DNA of 21,970 bases from Candidatus Moanibacter sp. (GTDB taxonomy: Bacteria; Verrucomicrobiota; Verrucomicrobiia; Opitutales; UBA2987), in the NCBI GenBank assembly GCA_965215885.1, contig CBDCEW010000024.1:1-21970 (forward strand), given 5' to 3'. Under the pieces are notes generated by a model. That model was not told the DNA's origin. It saw only the letters and a program-made list of their open reading frames with translations, and did no database searches. Made by a program: the position numbers and the translations under genes. This document shows, in pieces, positions 17,583-21,970 of this stretch (position 1 is the stretch's first letter; each line of letters starts with the position of its first letter).

Positions 17583-18427
17583 TGGAGACGATCGGCGAGA
17601 CCAACGAGCTCCGCAAATGCCTCCAAGGCTGGCATGGGAGCGACCGCGTCGGCCTGACCCCGACCATGGGTAACCTGCACAAGGGCCATCGCGCGCTGGT
17701 GGAAGCCGCTCGGAGGGATTGCGAGATCGTCGTGATGAGCATCTTCGTCAACCCGATGCAGTTTGGCGCGGGTGAAGACTACAGTGAGTACCCTCGAACG
17801 TTGGAGGCCGACCGCGATAAGCTCGCCAAGGCGGGCGTAGATATTCTGTTCGCTCCCTCTCTGGAAGATGTCTATCCGGATGGACAGTCTAATCAAACCA
17901 TCGTGAGCGTTCCCGAGCTGTCGATAATACTCTGCGGCGCCAGCCGGCCGTACCACTTCGACGGCGTCACTACGGTCGTGGCCAAACTCCTCAACATGGT
18001 CCAGCCCGACGCCGCCTACTTCGGTGAGAAAGATTGGCAGCAGCTCGTCATCATTCGCACAATGGTTCGCCAACTGAATATGCCGATCGACGTCATCGGC
18101 GTTCCGATCGTTCGCGAAGAGGACGGCGTTGCGCTATCGAGCCGCAACGAATACCTGAGTGAGGGCGAACGGTCGATCGCACCGTTATTGCACCAGACGC
18201 TGCAGGACGTTTGTCACGCCATCTCAGAAGGCGAGCGTAACTTCGCTTCTCTGGAGCAGACCGCGAAGATGGCTTTGAAGCGCGCGGGATTCGAGCCCGA
18301 GTATGTCGCCGTTCGCGACGACTCCACGCTGCTCCTTCCTAACGACGCTACTCAATCGCTTCGAATTCTCGCAGCGGCCAGGCTCGGCCAAGCACGTCTC
18401 ATCGACAATGTCAGCGTGGAGCTTTGA
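17582..18427 (+). CDS. panC: Pantoate--beta-alanine ligase
   Basis: Motifs PTMGNLHKGH, SIFVNPMQF, RPYHFDGV, FGEKDWQQ, ALSSRN and RLIDN. The ATG overlaps the panB stop (TGATG). Confidence 0.97.
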   Translation: METIGETNELRKCLQGWHGSDRVGLTPTMGNLHKGHRALVEAARRDCEIVVMSIFVNPMQFGAGEDYSEYPRTLEADRDKLAKAGVDILFAPSLEDVYPDGQSNQTIVSVPELSIILCGASRPYHFDGVTTVVAKLLNMVQPDAAYFGEKDWQQLVIIRTMVRQLNMPIDVIGVPIVREEDGVALSSRNEYLSEGERSIAPLLHQTLQDVCHAISEGERNFASLEQTAKMALKRAGFEPEYVAVRDDSTLLLPNDATQSLRILAAARLGQARLIDNVSVEL

Positions 18428-18600
18428 TGGCAACGGAGCTTGCTTTTTTCTGAAAATTCACAAAGGTGGTGTCTCTGGCTAGAAAACCAGTTCATTCCAG
18501 GCAAGGCAGGTCATCAGGTGAATTTCCTTATTCAGTGGTGATTTTAAACCCGGGGATCGGGTCCGGTCTGAGCGGAAGTATTAGCGAGAAAATCTAAGTA

Positions 18601-18990
18601 ATGAACACAAAAATGTACGTGGGAAATATTCCCTACGAGGTAAATGAAGCGGAGCTTCGCGACCATTTCTCCGCGCACGGCGTGGTTAGCGAAGTATTCA
18701 TGGTAATGGACAGGGAAACCGGGCGGCCCAAGGGGTTCGCATTTGTCACCATGGAAGCGAGAGATGGAATGGAGGCCGCAATACGCGAACTGGACGGCTC
18801 TGATTTCAACGGCCGCACCATCAAAGTCAATGAAGCGCGGCCACGTGAAGAACGGCCCTCTTTTTCCGGCGGCGGTGGGCGCGGCGGCTACCGTGGCGGC
18901 GGTGGCGGCGGTGGACGCGGTGGCCACCGCAGTGGGGGCGGCAGCCGCAAGGGCGGCAAGGGCCGGCCCGGCCGGTCTGAAGGTTGGTAA
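18601..18990 (+). CDS. RRM-domain RNA-binding protein with Gly/Arg-rich tail
   Basis: RNP2 MYVGNI, RNP1 [17 protein letters not shown] and an RGG-rich C-terminus. Confidence 0.95.
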   Translation: MNTKMYVGNIPYEVNEAELRDHFSAHGVVSEVFMVMDRETGRPKGFAFVTMEARDGMEAAIRELDGSDFNGRTIKVNEARPREERPSFSGGGGRGGYRGGGGGGGRGGHRSGGGSRKGGKGRPGRSEGW

Positions 18991-18995
18991 ACCCT

Positions 18996-19025
18996 AGCCC
19001 ATCCTCCACCAGCCCATCCTCCACC
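18996..19025. repeat. 15-bp tandem repeat, two exact copies
   Basis: AGCCCATCCTCCACC x2, followed by a degenerate third unit. Confidence 0.8.
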
Positions 19026-19057
19026 AGTCTTCCGCCCTCCCACGCTTGGAATTGCAA

Positions 19058-19073
19058 TCCCGCCGCGGCGGGA
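19058..19073. repeat. REP-like palindrome
   Basis: TCCCGCCGCGGCGGGA, a perfect 16-bp palindrome preceded by GCAA, as in GCAATCCCGC at 14533-14542. Confidence 0.65.
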
Positions 19074-19136
19074 AGCTGTCAACAGGAAGTGGATATTCGG
19101 AGAGAATGATTACGGGGGATCGGATAATTTAGAAGA

Positions 19137-19211
19137 GGAAATCACACACTTCGTAGCGAGATCCCGGCGCGCTGGGATCGTAGTAAAAGGTTTGTGAGTT
19201 GTTCGGGTTAG
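19137..19211. mobile_element. Internally deleted, inverted copy of the MITE at 21309-21494
   Basis: TCGTAGCGAGATCCCGGCGCGCTGGGA matches one end region (26/27). It is joined directly to TCGTAGTAAAAGGTTTGTGAGTTGTTCGGGTTAG, which matches the other end (27/34). Confidence 0.82.
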
Positions 19212-19308
19212 GAATCTGTCGGACTTTGAATTCCTAACTTCCTCGTGGGGTAGATTCCATGTTGAAGGATCGACATTCCGACCTTGATCAGACCGACAGA
19301 TTCCTTGG

Positions 19309-19479
19309 AAGAAAATGAACCTGAGATTTGAAACGCAATGTCATGTTTTTTCCATCGTCGACTTCGAATCTGATGGTGACAGATTGTGGCATTCGGGTTG
19401 ATTGTGTCAAAATGGTCCATAGCGAAACCGCTTTGCAACAATTCATCCTCCTTCCCTCAAATCTCAGGTTCATTTTCTT
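19309..19479. mobile_element. 171-bp MITE-like unit with perfect 23-bp inverted repeats
   Basis: AAGAAAATGAACCTGAGATTTGA (19309-19331) / TCAAATCTCAGGTTCATTTTCTT (19457-19479). CTAG at 19484-19487. Confidence 0.75.
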
Positions 19480-19487
19480 GTTTCTAG

Positions 19488-19502
19488 TCCCGCTCAGCGG
19501 GA
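19488..19502. repeat. REP-like palindrome, an uninterrupted form of the IS4 target
   Basis: TCCCGCTCAGCGGGA matches the half-sites flanking the IS4 element. Confidence 0.7.
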
Positions 19503-19555
19503 TCGGAATAAAACCGAGTAACTCTTCCGAAAGAAGCATAAAGTCCGACAGGCTG

Positions 19556-20722
19556 CTAGGTTGGCGCCTCCGCCAGATAGTCTAAGGCGGCCTGCACACC
19601 CCCCTTTCGGTGGGAAACTCCGCACGCCGCCAGCCCCATCTCCACTCCGCAGAGGGTGCCCAGAATCATCAGTTCATTGAGGTCTCCCAAATGTCCGATC
19701 CGAAACACCCTGCCCTTCAGTTTGCCCAGGCCCGCCCCCAGTGACATATCGAAGCGCTCCAAAACCAACCTGCGCAGCGCGTCGGCGTCCTGGCCTTCGG
19801 GTAGCCGCAGCGCTGTCAGTGTGTTCGAATACTCAGAAGAATTAACACACTGAATCTCCAGTCCCCACGCGCCGACCGCCCGGCGCGTGGCTTCCGCCAG
19901 GCGACCGTGCCGTCTGAATACCTGCTCGAAGCCTTCCTCGCGTAGCATCTTTATCGCTACCTCCAAGCCAAAGAGCAGGTTTGTGGCGGAAGTGTAGGGG
20001 AAAAAGCCGGATTCGTTAGCTTTCAGCATTCGATCCCACGACCAGTAGGACTTCGGCAACTTTGCTTCCTTGGAGGCCGCCAGAGCCTTTTCGCTGATCG
20101 CATTAAAGCTCAGCCCCGGAGGGAGCATGAGGCCCTTCTGCGATCCCGCCACCGTTACATCGACTCCCCACTCATCGTGGCAATAGTCGATCGATCCCAG
20201 CGAAGAAATGGCGTCTACTAGAAACAGGGCAGGATGCGCCGCGCGGTCTATTGCATTCCGAATCTCCCGAATCCCGCTGGTGACTCCGGTTGACGTCTCG
20301 TTGTGCACCACCGCCACTGCCTTGATGGCACGGGCTCGATCGGCGTTCAGCCTTTCAAACACCACATCCGGATCTACACCCCGGCGCCAGTCTCCCTCGA
20401 CCCATTCCACTTCCAAACCAATCGAGCGAGCCATGCCCGTCCACAAAGTGGCAAACTCCCCTGTCTCGAACATCAAGATGCGCTCCCCCGGCGACAGCGT
20501 GTTCACTAAGGCAGCCTCCCACGCCCCCGAACCCGAAGACGGGAAAATCACCACTGGACCCGATGTCTTAAAGACGACTTTCAAACCTTCCATGATTCGC
20601 AGCGCCATGGACATAAATTCCGGCCCCCGGTGATCGATCGTCGGCCGATCCATGGCTCGCAAGACGCGATCCGGTAGGTTCGTTGGCCCCGGTATCTGCA
20701 AAAAATGCCGGCCCGCCTTCAT
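19556..20722 (-). CDS. Class V PLP aminotransferase (serine/alanine--glyoxylate aminotransferase-like)
   Basis: Motifs GRHFLQIPGPTN, VHNETSTGV, VDAISS, GSQKGLMLPPG (PLP Lys) and FRIGHLG. Confidence 0.92.
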   Translation of the reverse strand: MKAGRHFLQIPGPTNLPDRVLRAMDRPTIDHRGPEFMSMALRIMEGLKVVFKTSGPVVIFPSSGSGAWEAALVNTLSPGERILMFETGEFATLWTGMARSIGLEVEWVEGDWRRGVDPDVVFERLNADRARAIKAVAVVHNETSTGVTSGIREIRNAIDRAAHPALFLVDAISSLGSIDYCHDEWGVDVTVAGSQKGLMLPPGLSFNAISEKALAASKEAKLPKSYWSWDRMLKANESGFFPYTSATNLLFGLEVAIKMLREEGFEQVFRRHGRLAEATRRAVGAWGLEIQCVNSSEYSNTLTALRLPEGQDADALRRLVLERFDMSLGAGLGKLKGRVFRIGHLGDLNELMILGTLCGVEMGLAACGVSHRKGGVQAALDYLAEAPT

Positions 20723-20727
20723 CCTCC

Positions 20728-21084
20728 TCAGAAATCGTAGTATACAGCGCGTCCGAGTACGTTGACGGAAAGTCGGGTCGTGTCCGTTCCCACGGTCAGA
20801 ACGGTATAGTCTTCTCCGGCAACTTGTTCAAGAACATGCAAATGCCCACTCTGACCGACGATCTGACTGTAGCCTACCACCGAGAGCCCTTCGTCCAACA
20901 TGTACTGCGCGCCCGCCGATGCAAATTGACGAAGGTTATTTCTCACCGCATTGTCCTGGGCCCGCACCCTCGTCTTTTGAAGGGTCGGCACTGCCATGAC
21001 CGTAAGCATGCCGATGATAGCTACCACGACCATGATCTCTACCAAGGTAAACCCATTAATTTCAGTCGTTTCCTTTTCACTCAT
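20728..21084 (-). CDS. Prepilin-type N-terminal cleavage/methylation protein (type IV pilin/pseudopilin)
   Basis: G|FTLVEIMVVVAIIGMLTVMAVP, followed by NNLRQFASAGAQY. Confidence 0.9.
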   Translation of the reverse strand: MSEKETTEINGFTLVEIMVVVAIIGMLTVMAVPTLQKTRVRAQDNAVRNNLRQFASAGAQYMLDEGLSVVGYSQIVGQSGHLHVLEQVAGEDYTVLTVGTDTTRLSVNVLGRAVYYDF

Positions 21085-21308
21085 GCACTGTGCTCCATTT
21101 CTACCACTCGGATATAACCGGACGAATGCCTACACAAAATCGATCCAGCTGGCAATTCGATTTTTGCATCAATCTGAAGAGATGGCGCGCGCGTTATGGG
21201 GTCAGGCCTTTGTTTTTTGACTTTCTGTCGCTTTCGATCTTCGACTTCGGTAACGCCTTCAATTCCGGCGAAAAGCATCACTTCCTGGAGCGGTTGCTAC
21301 TTTCTCAT

Positions 21309-21494
21309 CTAGCCCGAACATTTCACAAACCATCTGCTGCGACCACGGATGTCACTGCGCCTTAAGGCCTTCTCTTGTCCGGCGACCTCATAGAGTTCCA
21401 ACACACTGTCGCCCGCCGGACTGCGAAAAGACCTTGATCCGCAGTCCCGGCGCGCCGGGATCTCGCTACGATGTGTGTGAAATTTCCGGGCTAG
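21309..21494. mobile_element. 186-bp MITE bounded by CTAG
   Basis: CTAG-CCCGAACATTTCACAAAC ... GTGTGTGAAATTTCCGGG-CTAG (inverted repeats 15/18). Internal palindrome TCCCGGCGCGCCGGGA. A second, deleted copy is at 19137-19211. Confidence 0.85.
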
Positions 21495-21583
21495 CCGTGC
21501 AAAACGTCCGCTTCGCCGTGTTCCACTTTCAGGTGGATTGCCAGTGGCTTATATCCGCCAATGGACTTGAAATATAAAAAGAT

Positions 21584-21970
21584 GCCTCGTCAGCAGAATC
21601 TGTGGGTTATTTCGGGTTCAGGCAAGTCGGCCATGGTATGAAATAGGGCGATCTTAAGCACTTCGAAGCTCTTAAAGCCGTATGCTTTTCTGATAGTGAG
21701 ATTTATATTGCGGTTAAAGCCCTCCACAATGCCGCAGGAAAAGGCCTTTTTGGCCCGAAACCAGTTGAGGATGAGCGGCTCGTGTTTGCGCACCGAGCGC
21801 ACGAACCTTTTGATCGGTTTGAGGCGCGAACGCATGGCGCGCGTGCACCATTTTTTCAGATACCATTGGGCCCAGTAGGGACTTTTATAATGCCACAAGA
21901 GCTGAAAGCTCTCCTTTAGTAGATAGGCCCGCACGCTCTTCAGATCGTATTGGAGCACCTCCTTGAGGCG
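21584..21970 (-). mobile_element. ISL3-family element, right end only
   Basis: The transposase C-terminus runs into the terminus ACCCACAGATTCTGCTGACGAGGC, followed by an AT-rich flank. Confidence 0.85.
21590..21970 (-). CDS. ISL3-family transposase (C-terminal part; 5' end outside the window)
   Basis: Motifs RAYLLKESF, W...AMRSRL.P, GIVEGFN, RKAYGFK and LPEPEITHRFC. Confidence 0.92.
   Translation of the reverse strand, partial: RLKEVLQYDLKSVRAYLLKESFQLLWHYKSPYWAQWYLKKWCTRAMRSRLKPIKRFVRSVRKHEPLILNWFRAKKAFSCGIVEGFNRNINLTIRKAYGFKSFEVLKIALFHTMADLPEPEITHRFC

Larger units (their letters stand above)
19208..19559. mobile_element. Non-autonomous element(s) with CTGTCGGAC-type ends
   Basis: Left end TTAGGAATCTGTCGGACTTT (19208-19227). 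Inverted ends GACCGACAGATTCCTTG (19291-19307) and AAAGTCCGACAGGCTGCTAG (19540-19559). No transposase. Confidence 0.75.

Noticed and set aside
18996..19559. CRISPR array or ncRNA
   Set aside because: The repeats are inverted and heterogeneous, with no regular repeat-spacer period and no cas genes. The short ORFs here are read through MITEs.
13313..20722. C1/glycine metabolic island (sarcosine oxidase-like, PanB, glyoxylate aminotransferase)
   Set aside because: The genes are in separate units divided by an IS, a pseudogene and MITEs; the link is thematic only.
21081..21308. Small minus-strand ORF with a CCTGACCCC motif, possibly a RAYT/IS200-like gene tail
   Set aside because: Too short, with no diagnostic residues.

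Overview
Bacterial accessory region, probably from a Verrucomicrobiota (Opitutales-like) genome, inferred from the pilin and RRM protein styles. A minus-strand cluster encodes a secreted rhodanese, an OlsF-like bifunctional acyltransferase, a DinB-like protein and a three-part alpha/beta-hydrolase + DedA-like + ATP-grasp fusion. Beyond a plus-strand heparinase II/III-family lyase + GT4 cassette, the same strand carries a stand-alone FMN glutamate-synthase-like gene and a DoxX gene. The DinB-like gene is split by an ISNCY-like element, and its reading frame can be restored exactly. The right half holds a SolA/MSOX-like oxidase, an IS4 element in a REP-like palindrome, a GGDEF remnant, panB-panC, an RRM protein, a class V aminotransferase, a prepilin and an ISL3 end. 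The intergenic DNA contains several CTAG-flanked miniature inverted-repeat elements, including a roughly 500-bp nested pile-up (19058-19559) and a 41-bp element made of two ends only (5487-5527). The best candidate for a new system is an amino-lipid synthesis, ligation, flipping and hydrolysis operon. All family calls come from motif recognition by eye; no searches were run.
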